Positions 13,601-25,920 of a stretch of 64,000 nt of DNA are shown one piece after another; within the stretch, counting starts at the first letter, position 1; the number at the start of each line of letters is the position of its first letter. Source of the stretch: Moniliella sp. 'wahieum' (taxonomy: Eukaryota); assembly GCA_003971905.1 (NCBI GenBank), contig RSEE01000067.1, positions 1 through 64,000 on the forward strand. Direction: 5' to 3'. The translations under genes and the position numbers were made by a program. The notes below the pieces were generated by a model. It searched no databases and had not been told where the DNA came from. It worked only from the letters and a program-made list of their open reading frames with translations.

Positions 13601-15568
13601 GCTGAACCCAGCGGAGAAGATGCCGGTCTTTTTGAGCAAGGGAAGTTCCTCGCCATTGCGCACCTGGTCCAGCTTCTTGTCAAAGGATCCTCCCAAGCAA
13701 ACAGTTTGATCGTCTTGATGTTTTGAAGAATCTCCGTCATAAGCCGGGTGCGGCGATCTTTGACAGCCATCTGCTGGCTCGACAGCCGCTTCATCGTGCG
13801 CGCCAGGAACGTGTTGAGCGGAACACTGACCACCATAATCGCTACTCCGACAAAGGCAGACCAGCCCAAAAGACCATAGAGCGAGACAAAGGCCAACACC
13901 ATCTGGAAAATGGCAGACCAAATAATGTGGCCATAGGCAGCCAGGTCGGCCAAACGGGTAATATCAACACTCATCACGTTAACAATGTCTCCCGTCGCAC
14001 GAAGATTGCGCGCTTCAGAGGACAGGCAGCGATTTTTTGTAGACAACGTCAATTAACCCAGAGCGCACCCGCAATGCCTGTGACAAACGCCAGCTGGAAG
14101 TACTGGTGCAAGAACAACGTCTGGGTGGCCGCCACACCAAACAGGGTGAGACAGAGCCAGATACCATAGGACATGGGTGGCGCCTGGGCCTCATCGTGAT
14201 CCAGTTCGCCAATGAACCGCAATAAACGCCGCACACTTGGGGCGAGACGAAGGCCAGCGTGTCCTGGCCGGCCTTGAGGACAGCAGCAAAAAGGTAGGGC
14301 CCACCGTAAGCGCAAGCCAGTGCGATCCAAAAGCGGGGCTTGCCATCCTGGGTGCGCTTGCGCTTCCAGTAGTAATCAAACTTTTTGCCCAACGACTCGG
14401 CATCCTCATGCGCCGGCAGCGACCACATGTCTTCCTCGGTGAGGAATTGTTTGCGACCGAGCGTCATCATGGGCTGCATCCAGTAAAAGCTAAGGCGAGA
14501 GAAGACGTTGGCAGTGGCATATGGCGACTCGCGGGTAGTGCTGATCGGGTCCTCCTGGCCAAGGGACTGAGCGGCGACAAAGGCGCTGCTGACGCTTAGG
14601 TCCGACATGTCCGAACTGTTGGAGAAGCGTCGCTCATCCGGTTCGGAAGGAGCAATCTCGGGGCGACCGGCGAACAGGGCAATCTTGTTGACCCGATCCA
14701 GGCGGTTGAGGAAAGAGGTCTCTTGGCGTTGAGCCGGCGTCAGCTCCCCAATCTCCACCCCCCAACACTCAAACGCAAAGACGGCCAGGGTGAGGAGTTG
14801 CTGGAGGCAGAAGAAAGCCAGGGTGGGCCATTGTTCCGCCACTGCAGGCGAGGGCGGGGTCAAGAGAGTATGGAAGACGACGGGGCCCGAGATGAGCTGG
14901 GACAACCAGTACAAAAGCAGAATCGTAGACGACCGACGAGTGCGCGTGTGGTTGACCCGCTGGTACAACAGGGCCACCACATACGCCAGCACCTGGACGA
15001 AGGGAAACCAGACCTCGATGGCATCCCAACGCGAGATGGAAGTACTCAAAAAGCCGGCTAGAGCGACAGTCAACTGGAGCACAGCAAGAGTCAAGACAAT
15101 CACATCCTTGGCCCGGAGGACGTGAACAGACAGGGCCGAGCGGGGGTACGCATAGTCGCGGCGCAACGAAAAGTAGCGAGCCAGGGCTGGGAACAAAGGG
15201 CGTGTGCCACGTCAGCAAGGGCGCTGGGTTCGCGCAGCGCACGGACAAAGCTGGGCCGGAAGAAACACAGGACGTACCAAAGAGGATCATGACAAGCGCA
15301 GGCACGAGATTGAAGACGCCAAGCTCAAAGCAGGGCGACAGGTCGAGAGGGCGCAGGGGGCTCAGCGGCCCCAGCCCTCGGGACTGGCACAGAAGGGCTG
15401 GGGAGAGGTCGCCGCCAGCGCGAGGCCGAGCGAGTGGGCAAGCGGGGCGGAGGACGCGGGCGAGGCGGGCGGGAGGACATACTGCGGCAGCGGGGGCGAC
15501 TGGCCGTCGAGGAAGCCGCCATCGCCGGACCAACCGAGCCACGCCGACGAGAGGGGCGAGCGGGCCAT
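10630..15568 (-). CDS. YCF1: ABCC/MRP vacuolar glutathione-conjugate/metal transporter (Ycf1-like) with TMD0; intron 15187-15277; frameshifted
   Basis: NBD1 has GRVGDGKSS and IGERGVSLSGGQRARVALARA...LLDDPLAAVDAHVG. NBD2 has GRTGAGKSS and NLSAGQRQLLCIARALL...LDEATAAID. Also SRELKRLDSITKSPI, NRWLAVRIE, ANVFSRLSFYWMQP and the N-terminal FCASPEGWGP...DLSPCF. Confidence 0.93.
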
Positions 15569-16420
15569 GGCGAGCGTGGAGGAGGCCGAGGAGGACAGCC
15601 AGCAGCGGCGCGAGGAGGATGGCCGAGCGGGAGCAGCCAGCAGCAGCGGCCAGCAGCCAGCGCCTCGCTATAAATGAGCCACGTCCGCCGCCGGCCCGCT
15701 GGTCATGTGGTTGCCCCGAAGAAAAACAGGCCGAATATTTCAACCGCACGCATACGTCATCGGTGATGCAGCCGGCGATCAGCCTTCGCATCAGCCATCC
15801 GCGCATCAGCAGCCTCCACCTCCCAGCACTCCCACGCTCGGGGTTTAGCACTGGGTTGCGTGGTGCGGCGAGCGCTCGGAGATACATCGCACACTGCCCC
15901 CACGCTGGGGCGATACCCTCCAATCGCACGCTGAACGCTGAACGCGCGGCCCGCGGCATGCATTCATTCGCCTCTGCACTACCGAGGACTGCGGCCGCAG
16001 GTGGACGGTGGCTGGTCGCCGTCTAGGTACCAGACACCCACTCGCCCTAGTCATCGACCCTCTAGCCCACCTTCAACCTCCAACCTCCAACATCCAACCT
16101 CCAAGCTCTTGACCCATCCAGTTGCAGCATCACCCACCTGTACTTCTTCAGCCATCTCCATCAAGGATGCTCCGTTGGACGTGGATTCCATTACGCAGTT
16201 ATAGGGCCAGGCCTCTGGCAAAACGAATATCCAACTTGGCAACCATCCACCCGGCACCCCGCACCCCAAGAAGGCATATAGACACAAGCAGAAAAGATAA
16301 AACACTCCTGGGGATACTAATACCGTGTTGGACGCTCCACTGGATTCTTCGTGATGAGCAAGTTCAATGACCGCCGTACAGAGAGGACCAGGATCCTATT
16401 TTCGTCTTCGTTTGCGTGTT

Positions 16421-18294
16421 TCAAAACGCATGGCCTGACCTCGAGAAGGAGTGGCCCTTGCTCAGACTCTCGCTGTCTCCTAGAGCGTGTTCCGAGTAGA
16501 AGGCATGCGTCGCCGACGCTGAAGGCTGAGGCGAAGCCAATGTGTCCGTCTCGTTTGGCCCATGTGCTCGATCGGCAAAGGGCGATCCTGCCCCCCCACT
16601 GGCGGACGTCCCGCCTCCGGCCGCTGCGGTGGGATAAGGCATGTCATGGGCAGTGTAGGAGCTTCCATCTGGGAATGCGGGCACATGAGAAGAATCCATC
16701 CCGTACGGGAAAGAATATGGCGGTTGCCCAGGGAATTGGCCGTAGTATGCAGCAGGAGGTTGCGCCGGACGGTAGGTGCCGTAACCTGCATACTCGTTGG
16801 GTGCACCATACCCTCCCTCGGCCGAGGAGGTGGGGAACGCCTCTCCTGCGCTGAACTCATCGGGAATCGAGGCTGAGCCGCCGCAGCGGCAGCCGGAGCA
16901 GCAGCCGCAGCCCGCGCCACGGCAGAAGAGTTCCCCCCCGAAGAGGGGTAGTAGGGGCTCTCGTACTGAGCCGAGCCTTCCGGTCCATACAAGGAGGCAG
17001 AGGGGTACTCGGCGCTCGTCGGAGACGCACCATAGCGACCGCTCACCGGCCCATACTCCCCAAACGACCTTGGCGACACAGGCTGATTCGCACCAGAACG
17101 CATGGCTGGGTATCCAGAGACAGGATCGTGCCCGCTGTGCTCTTCCATGTCCCCATTGGCCTCCAAGGCAAAATCGTTATCGTCATCGTCGTCGGCAAAG
17201 GGCTGGCGCGTTGCTGCCGCGCCAGCCGTGGTGGCGGCGACAATGTCAGCGTCCATGCGGCGCTCTCTGCGCTTGCGCACCACAAGCCAAGCCACTACCC
17301 CAGTAACACCACCCCACAATCCCTACCGCCGCAAACGTGCCTCCGACCGCGCCTCCATCCGAGAAAAAACCCAGAGGAATGGCTACCAGTGGAGGCAGCT
17401 GCATACACTGTGCTGGACGACGTGATGGTGGTCAAAGAGGCGGGTCCGTCCCCGTTGGCCACGGAGCGGGTAAGGGTAACTGGTTCGATCGAAATCACAC
17501 TCTGGCCCAACGATCTGGAAATTGACAGGTCCGGGGTGGAAGGTGTGGAGGTACGGGTGATAATATCAGTGGTAACCGGGGACGAAAGCGTGGTCCGATG
17601 CTCAGTCAAGCTTTCCGTCTCCGTTTGGGAATCGGGGCGGGGCATGGAGGTGGAGGTGATGGTGGTGTAGACGGCAGAGCGGGAAACGGTAGGCGTGGCA
17701 TAGATGGTAGTGTAGGTGGTCGATTGCATCGGTATCGTGCTCGAAGCTGGTTCGGTAATGGTAGTGGTGGTATGAGGGCGGCTGCCTCCGCCAGATCCGG
17801 GGGTCTCGGTGGTGGTCCCACCTCCGCTGCCACTGCCAGAGGAATCGTTGGTGCTCGTAGCCCACCACCACCGCCGTAGCTGGATGTAGAGGGCTCCCCT
17901 CCGCCAGCGTTGTCGCTCGATGAAGATGGGTCACCTCCGCCACGGTGAGTGCTAGAGCCAGCTCCTGGGCCGGATCCACCGTCACCATCGCTGGATGCCG
18001 GGTCTTGGTTGCCATAGGAGACGGAAGAAGGGGATGCCGAACCGTTGTTGCCAGTGCCGGTGCCCGAGGGGGTGGAAGAAGCACGAGGCGAATCCCCATC
18101 GTCTTGGCCTCCTTGGGCAGAGCGGAAGCGGAGCCTTGCCTGTCTGACAGGGAGTATGCTGTGCCACCTCCACCAGCCTCGGTGCCAGCGCCCGTGCTAT
18201 CGCGGGGGAGGCTGGTGGCGCGGTTGGGGACGGCCAAAGGGGTGGGTGACGGGTCGGTGTCCGCACGGACGGCAGGCCGCGCTGGGGGCGGCAT
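16421..18294 (-). CDS. Ser/Thr-rich single-pass membrane protein (Mid2/Wsc-like cell-surface sensor architecture)
   Basis: A long Thr/Ser-rich tract (17295-17729) is followed by a TM segment GAVGGTFAAVGIV/GGVTGVVAWLVV (across frameshifts), basic RKRRERR and a Tyr/Pro-rich cytosolic tail. Start is approximate. Confidence 0.6.
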
Positions 18295-19977
18295 GGGCAG
18301 GGAGGAGCTGCGGCGCAAGAAGGGAGGGCACGAGGAGGGCGCACCACGCGCTAACGGACGGGCAGGAGGGGTAGCCGGTAGGCGTCGTGAAGCTTGAAGG
18401 CAACCAGCGAAAAGGCGGTGAAGCCTGGCGTGTCCTGCCTGTCCCTGGGCGCTGGGGGCGCGGGGGGGATGGGCTGGCGGGCGTAGGCTGGCGCCGGCTA
18501 ACGTAGACTGGTGCTGAGCCGCAGTGCTGCTCTGAGACGGCCGATGGGCGGATGCGCGCAGGACCGGAGCAGGCACTGGGCAGGTGCCATGGGAAATCAG
18601 CTTGAGGGGCAGCGTGGGGGCAGCGTGAGGCGTGAGGCCTGAGGCCTGAGGGCACCAACAGGCACCAGCAGACAGCCTGCTCGTCGCCTCGTCGTCCGAA
18701 CAGCCGGGCAGACGCAGCACGACGCAGGAAGCAGCCAGCAGCATACGGCAGCATGCAGCATGCAGCATGATGCATGAGCATGACATGAACATGTGACATG
18801 CATGATGCGTGACGCGTGACGTCCTTCAGGAACTCGCGCCGCTTCACGCCACACGCTCCGCCCGCATCCCCCCCCCCCACACCAGACCAGTGTCCCAGTC
18901 TGGACGCGTCCCGTGTGTGCTAAACATCAGTGACGTCAGCTGCCATGTGCGTGGGTACATCGATAAGGACAAGTACGTACGGCTAAGTACCACTCGTCGA
19001 GTGCTGCCACTTCGCCGGGTTGCGCTGATGCATGATGGGTGTCGATGATACACGCGATACGCCCAACCCGACCGGCTCGCTGGGAACCGACGACCGGAAT
19101 TTGTATAACACGTTCTGCCCGGCAATTAAGCAGCGGTTGCTGTGTGTTGTCTGCTGTTGGGGCCTGCTATACTTGCGTTGCCTCGAGTGTGCACACACCA
19201 GGAGACCAACCGCCAATACCCAGTGGAACGCAACCCAGCCCCAGCAAGCTCAGGCCAGTCGTCGCCACCCCTCCCTCCCCACCGCTTGCAGATGGAGGTG
19301 CCCCGCTACATCCTCTACTCGAGAGCCAATTGGCAGGTCCAAACTAGGTATCATCGCAGCCATACCATGCGTATAATACCAAGTGAATGAGTGTGGCGGG
19401 GTTTTCAAGGGACACATGGGGTGTGTGCGCATCCAATTTGTTGTCGTTAGCATCCTTGCCCATCTGCATTGCTAGAGGATTGGTATTTGGCAATAACAAC
19501 CGGGCTTTGAGACTCCTTTGGAGGTTCTCCATGGTTCTCTTTTGAACAGTACTAAGGATGACGGGTTGAAGCCCTCTCTCACCGGGTATTTCGCGCTCGA
19601 TACCAGCAATCGCCCTAAAGCGGTACAAGTCGGAAACAGCCTTTCTTTGGCAGTCTGGAACGCAACTTTGTTGTGGCTGCTTGCCAGCCCTCCCGATTGA
19701 AACGACGCCCGGTGCAATCTCCACCCTTGAACACCTGCTCGTGAGCCCGCCATAGATGGGTCTCACCCAGGTGACGAACTTCCTAAAGTAGATCCTTCGG
19801 TCACGGTCCTCTCTTCAATGTAGCTACTAATCAGGGTAATCTTCTCACTGCTCTTCGCCGCTCCTGTCTTCTTCCCCCTACCAGCGCATCCGTTGCTTCC
19901 CTTGGTACTTGGTCTCACTCGTCTCGCCCGACCCTTACACTATTCATTAACGTTAATCACGCACAGTCACGCGCACG

Positions 19978-20393
19978 CGCCATGGTTGTCGTGTGAGCTC
20001 ATCAAACTCAAAACCCACCGAGGTCCTCGCAACGGTTTATCTTACACCGCGCTTCCAGCATCACTTGCACCCGAGCACGAAGCATTTTTGCCCCAGAAGC
20101 CCCATTAGCACGATCGTGGAGGAACAATTGATGATGAGGCTCTTGACCCTTTCCTTCACTTACCAAATGTTTCCGGGTGTGAGTTGAAAGGGTGGACAGA
20201 GATAAATGGGATAGTCTCTCGTCATCGTGTCATCTTTTTCCACGGCATTATTCCGGGTCGAGTAGCCCGAAGCATTGCTGGGCCAGGAAGGGTGGATGCA
20301 GATTGATGGCGTTCAACCGTACGGCCATCACTTGGCAGTTCACAGGCTTTCACTACTCTAATGGCAGGAGTCTTGGGGGTCGTCATCGTCTTC
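19978..20393 (+). repeat. Diverged ~400-bp direct repeat, copy 1
   Basis: Colinear with 22490-22879. Shared blocks include GCTTCCAGCATCACTTGCACCCGA, CTTGACCCTTTCCTTCACTTACCA and GGCAGTTCACAGGCTTTCACTACTCTAATGGCAGGAGTCTTGGGGGTCGTCATCGTCTTC. Confidence 0.95.
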
Positions 20394-20619
20394 GCCTCTC
20401 TGTTCGCGTTCATATATAAGTTTCGACCCCCCTCTCCCCTCTCCCTCCGCTTGAATATACTAATCTGGTGTTTTCCTCCTGGTCGCACGCCCGCCCCATG
20501 AACACCGCGCCCCCGCATGGAGCCGGCAGGATTGGGGGGGCGGTGATGATGGTTGTGGGAGGCGAGCGAGGCAGGGGAAGTAGTGATCATGTGATTGGCC
20601 CTCGGACCCCCCGGTCAGC

Positions 20620-20704
20620 GTTCAGTACGTTCAGTACGTTCAGCGTACGTTCAGCGTTCAGGTTCAGCACGTTCAGTACGTTCAACGTTCGCGTCACGCG
20701 TCAC
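20620..20704. repeat. Imperfect (GTTCAGTAC/GTTCAGC/GTTCAAC)n array followed by (GCGTCAC)2, upstream of the 20842 gene
   Basis: Eight GTTCA cores in about 70 bp, read directly from the sequence. Confidence 0.9.
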
Positions 20705-20841
20705 CCGTCATGCATTATATCTTGCACCAGGCCTCAGGGGCATCATGCATCACTGATGCCCAGACCCGCTCATCCACCCTCTCGTGTCCTCTCTGCCCCG
20801 CCAGGTCAGCTGGGATTCTTGCCACCCTCACCCCCACCACC

Positions 20842-21618
20842 ATGACCGACGCCACATCCAATCCGACTACCCCCCCCCCACAACGGTCACAGAGGCACAG
20901 ACTTCTACGTACCAGCTTACTAGCTGGACCACCAAGTGCGGGCTGGCCGTTGCAGCAGCGGTCAAGACCATCGGTCTGCTCGCCTGCATCATTGAGTCAC
21001 CATCCTTCATGGCAGAGGCGCCTGTCGTGTGGGCGGCTTGTATGGTAGCGCTTATGCTCGACTTGTTGCGGACGCTCGCCATGTTGCACATCAGCTTGGG
21101 CCGTACACTCAGACCTTCAACCACCGCCGCCTCAGGATTTTCCGAAACAATGATGTTGGCCGTCAGATCTGAGGTTTGCATTGGTACGTATCTCCCCCCT
21201 CATCCAATCCAGGTTCTGACCAATTTCTAGTCTTAAGGGCTGGTCTTCATCATCATACCATTCTCCCCGGACTGTGCGTGTCTTCCTGAATGATTTCGCG
21301 CCCTACTAACACTTTAATTGTGGTAGCCTTGAGCCCCGAAGCGGCAGATGCGTGACCATGGTAGTCACATGGTTCTTCGCCTCACTGATACTGGTGGACT
21401 GGATGCTCGTGCTATCCGCATGTTTGATAAGGCAGGTTCGGAAGAAGGAGCTCATGCTCTGCGCCCCGTGGAACGGAATGACCCGGCATCGGCGCCTGAG
21501 AGCGAGCCTGCTGGATGCGGATGTAGAAGCTCACGCGGTTGACCCAGGATCGAGTTCCGCCCCGCCTCCATACGTTGGGTCCTCCCATGAATCCGCATCT
21601 CGGCTGTCCAAGGTCTAA
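20842..21618 (+). CDS. Small multi-pass membrane protein with C-terminal PPPY motif; intron 21184-21230
   Basis: Hydrophobic segments CGLAVAAAVKTIGLLACII, VVWAACMVALMLDLL and MVVTWFFASLILVDWMLVLSACLI. Canonical intron GTACGT...CTGAC...TAG. Tail is DVEA...APPPYVG. Frameshifted. Confidence 0.55.
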
Positions 21619-22489
21619 GGGTGCCCTTTCCCCAACGTTTGTCTCTTCTGTGCTCTTGCTCCTGAATCCTTTCTAGCCTCGCCTGCATCCTCCGCCGTCC
21701 AAGTCTAACGGGACCGTGGCCATACCTTGCCTCTCTTCCCTGCTGCCTGAGTATTTTCCTTTGTAACGTTCGCCATGGCTGGGTGGTCAATGCTGTACCC
21801 CTCCATGCCCATTAGAATTCCGCGTTTTGTTGAGCTATCGGGTGGCTCGTGCTTTGGCCGATGTCCCTTCAGTTCCTCCTCAGGCCTGGGAGTTCCGTGT
21901 TTTCTCTCTCTCCTGTTTTTTCTGTTCCGCAGCTTAGCCCCTGGTAGCGACTCGCTGCTTGATGTTCCACTGTAGGAGTTGCTGGTTGGCGTAGACAACC
22001 ACCACCACCACCACCACTGCGATTGCATCACCCTCGGGAACCATCAGGTTTCCAGGTCTCATCACGTTTCACCTGGGCGCCGTTTTTCTTCTTCCTCCCT
22101 TAGAAGCATAGACTTTTTTGTCCCACCGCCCCAGCCACGCGTGCCTCCAGCCAAGGTTTTTCCAACCATCATGGAACCCTATCAATGCATTGCACAGAGT
22201 TCTCCATTCTCTTGCGTCCCTGACTGGTCAGATCCATACTGCCCCTACCGACAACGCGGTCGAACTGGACATCAAAGAGTTCTGCGGTGAAGATCCTGAA
22301 GAGACCACGGATCGATTAGGTGGGGGGCTGACTGCTGACCCCAGAACATGGTGGGAAGTGGTCGATGTGGACTGAGAAGAGACAGGGTCGACACCTTGGT
22401 TGCTGTGGGAGGAGCTGGCTGAAGTTTGTGCCTAACGAGAGAGGGAATTGAAACGAGGGCCCGTGCGTGCTCCGTCTTTGGTCATTTAC

Positions 22490-22879
22490 ACGCCATCGCC
22501 GTTCGCGAGCTCATCAACTCAATAACCCGAGGTCCTCCGGAGCGGTTTATCCAAAATCCCGCTTCCAGCATCACTTGCACCCGACACGAAGCTTTCTTGC
22601 CCCAGAAGCCCCACTAGCACGACTCGTGGAGAAACAATCGATGATGAGGTCCTTGACCCTTTCCTTCACTTACCACATGTTTCCGGGTGTGAGTTGAAAG
22701 GGTGGAAAGAGATAAATGGTATAGTCTATCATCTTTTTCCACGGCATTATTCCTCGTCGAGTAGCCCGATGGAAGGATGGATGCAGATTGATGGCGTTCA
22801 AACCGTACGGTCATCACGTGGCAGTTCACAGGCTTTCACTACTCTAATGGCAGGAGTCTTGGGGGTCGTCATCGTCTTC
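22490..22879 (+). repeat. Diverged ~400-bp direct repeat, copy 2
   Basis: Matches copy 1 (19978-20393), differing by substitutions and small indels. Confidence 0.95.
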
Positions 22880-23386
22880 CTCGAAGTCGAATCTCGGTGA
22901 GCCCCTCACAGAAACCTTCATCATTATTCGAAAGCCGTACATCGTCAAGAGGAGCCGGCGCGCAAGGGCGAGCTACTGAGGCGGCGCAACGGGCGAGTCT
23001 ACTGAGGCGGCGCAAGAGTTGTCGTCGAGTGAACCAGCTCTTAGTCGTAGTGAATAAAACCGTCTCCTCAGCGTACGGGAGCAAGGGATGGCGGAGGGCG
23101 CAGACGAGAGCGGGGTTGAGTACGTTGAGTGTGGCTGCCCGAGCTGTTGAACGTTGAATCCTAGAAAGAGTGGAGGTTGCACCGGTGCTCCACCTGGCGT
23201 TGCGGCGGGCGTGACGCGTGAACGTTGGATGAGGACATCCCTTGCATGGCTGGCTGTGTGGAACGCGGTCCAGTGTGGGGGCCGACTAGTCCGTCTGCTC
23301 GTAGGATTATATGGGGGTACTCGCGCTGCAATAGTAGACACTCGCGTTTGCCATCGCGATTCGACAAGCTGCGCTCCGCCACGCAG

Positions 23387-24043
23387 TCATGCCGCCATTG
23401 CAAGGTATCTATCATATTGAGCCTGGTGCAGCTGGCGTGTGCAGGTAGAAAGACGAATGTTGGGGGTAAGAGAAAGCGGCAAGCCAGGTAAGAAAAAAGC
23501 AGGTGATGCAAAACAGACCCAAGCGGAAAGAGAGGACCAGGGGTCTATGGTGCTCCACGTGGCGGCTGCGCACCATACACGTGCGGGGGAGGGGGGGAGG
23601 CCCAATTTTGTTGAGGAGGCGCTGCTCCTTGTGCTTGGGGTGGGGCCGCTGGGCTATCGTGGCCGGCGGGGCGGAGCCATACGCTTGGGGAGGGGCGGTG
23701 CCATACGCTTGGGGGGGGGCGAAGCCATAGCCGGCAGCGGCGGGCTGGGCACGCGGGGCGGGTTGGTACCCCTGCGCAGGAGGGGCAGCTGCGTCCGGCA
23801 CGGATGCGGTGGCGTGATGGGCATAGGCACGGCGGGTGGGTTTCTTGGTGCGCGGTGCTGCGGCGGGCGTGGCGTCGGGACGCATGTGGGGCGGATGTCG
23901 TTCCAGCCGGTGCTGGCACGGCTGATGGCCACAGCGGCAGAAGGTGCGCCTTGGGGGCCGGCCTGGAGAGGGAGGCCGGAGGCCTGGGGCGGCATGCGTG
24001 GCGGTGCGCGTGGGGGGGCGGAGGGCGGGGGCTGGCTGGCCAT
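23387..24043 (-). CDS. Pro/Ala/Gln-rich hypothetical protein with (APPQAYG)-like repeats
   Basis: ATG 24043 gives MASQPPPSAPP. Contains the internal repeat GFAPPQAYGTAPPQAYGSAPP and a likely intron before LHQAQYDRYLAMAA*. Gene structure is uncertain. Confidence 0.35.
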
Positions 24044-24432
24044 GCTGGCGAGAAGGTGGACGTAGGGAGCCTGGTGCGTCGTGCCGGGGGGGAGGTGGGG
24101 TGTGGGGGGGGCGGAGGAGTGGGGCGGCCGGTTGGCGGCATGGGCGCTACATGCACATGCTGGGATGACGTCAGCTGGCCGGACGCACGACTGGCGGGAT
24201 GCGTGCTGGGGGTGCCACGTCAGCGCGGCGCCGTACGTACGGGCGCAGGGCCGAGGACGCAGAGGGCACGTGACGCGCGTCGAGTGGGAGGGTCTGGCTG
24301 GGCGCAGGGCTACGCGCCGGCGGGTCGCGTCACGTGCGGGGCCAGACACCGGTGTCCGGCGGCGCTTGGGCCCAGCCGCCGCCGCCTCGGACCGGCCGTC
24401 GACGCGCTCTTCGCTCGGCCTCCCATCCGCCC

Positions 24433-25595
24433 ATGGCTGCGCGCGTGTCGGTGTGTCTGGACGCCGTCCACGCCGTCGAGGCCGGCGCCCCTCCCCTGCC
24501 TGGCCGGCGCCCAGCACCACCACCACCGCCACCACCACCTCCGCCTCCGCCTCCGCCCACCACCGCCGCCTCCAGCCCGCCAGCAGCGCCTCCGACACCA
24601 CCCCCCACCCGCACCCCAGCCTCAAGCCCAGCCCTCCGTCCCGACCCTCCCCGACGCACTCCCGGCCCCCCGCCCCGGCATGCCCCGACCAGCACCCGCT
24701 CGCCTCCGCGTCTCGGCTCCTCTCTCCCGCCGCCGCCTCCCGTCCAGGTCGGCCGAGCACCTTTATCCCGCCCGCATTGCCGCCCAGTCCGCCCCCCACC
24801 TTGTCCCGCCGCCTCGGACGCACAGCCCTGCCCCTGCCTCCGTCCACGGCCTGCTCCCCCCCGGCTGTCAGTGCAAGAGGCCAGAATGCAGTTTTTTCCA
24901 CCCCTGCCCTCGCCGTCCAAGCGCGATCACAAGAACAACCGCCTCGTTGCTGCCCTCAAGTCCCCCTTCGACGTCGCCGTGTTGTGAGCCACATCCCATC
25001 TGCCTTTCCCGCCTCCGCCGCTGCACGGGCGGCGGTTGGGGCTGCTTCCCCCGATGCGGTTCTCATGACCCGTCGCCAGTCGGACGATCCAGCACAGATG
25101 CCCACTCGTGCCATCCATCGCCTTCCCGCTTCGCCGCCTGCCGTCAACACAACCATCCGCATCGTGCTTCTTATCCCCCGTGCCTGGCACTCCTCCTCCA
25201 CCCAAGCCTCTCCGCTTCCATCCACTTCGCCCGCCGAATGTACGTCCGAACGACTTCTCTCCTCACCTCGGCTCCCGCCGTTGCCGTTGGACAATGCGCG
25301 GCTGTCGACAGTGTCCCCCGCGGCACCCGCCTCGTTCGCCCACGGGGCGTCCGGGCCAGGAAACGATGCAAATCAAGCGCAGGCTGCATCTCGACCTCAA
25401 GGCCTGCGCAAGCGGACGCTCTCCATCCCTCGGATCCGAGCCAAGAAACGTTCTGAGGCTCGAGCCCCAGGGCAACATACTCATCCTTATCATCCTTCTC
25501 CGACAATAGGGATACTCCACGCCACGGTCAACAGCCCATTCCTCCCGTTCCTGCAGTGCCTTCCGAACTCAAGTACCACGAGAGTGGTCCATTAA
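24433..25595 (+). CDS. Nab2-type tandem CCCH zinc-finger protein, heavily disrupted (low-quality sequence or pseudogene)
   Basis: A clear finger half, CKRPECSFFHP, sits at ~24872-24904. About four further degenerate finger remnants follow in changing frames (...RFAAC...HP; KPLRF...EC.RP; VGQC...CPRGHP-like). Confidence 0.5.
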
Positions 25596-25748
25596 CAACA
25601 ATGTGCTTCCTGGCACACTGTTAGATCCAAACCGGTTCTGCCATCGAGCACATTGCCAGGGGCGCAGGGAGCCGCCCGACGTCGGGGCACTCGCGTTCGC
25701 GCACGGTTTCGCTCGCTTCCGCTGTCAGCCTGGCGTCTTGGATGGGCT

Positions 25749-25795
25749 GAAGGATAAGGATAAGGATAAGGACAAGGACAAGGACAAGGACAAGG
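25749..25795 (+). repeat. (AAGGAY)n hexamer microsatellite (KDKD... if translated)
   Basis: AAGGAT x3 followed by AAGGAC x4. Confidence 0.9.
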
Positions 25796-25920
25796 GCACT
25801 GACAACAAGGTCAACAAACCCAAGGACAAAGGCGTCTCCAGCAGCTCCAGCAGTATGAGGAGAAGAGTACTACAGAAACAAACGGAGCGGGTACCGTCTG
25901 AACGGCTCAGCCAGCCTGCG

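Noticed and set aside
19344..19766. 140-aa minus-strand ORF in AT-richer sequence as a transposon fragment
   Set aside because: No transposase, RT or integrase motif is recognisable, so it is left unannotated.
20620..20704. CRISPR-like array
   Set aside because: Units are 6-11 bp with no unique spacers, the context is eukaryotic and there are no cas genes.
19978..22879. Interpretation of the direct repeats as an intact LTR retrotransposon or duplicated U3/snRNA genes
   Set aside because: No gag/pol, TG-CA termini, PBS or PPT was recognised, and no U3 or spliceosomal RNA boxes were found on either strand.
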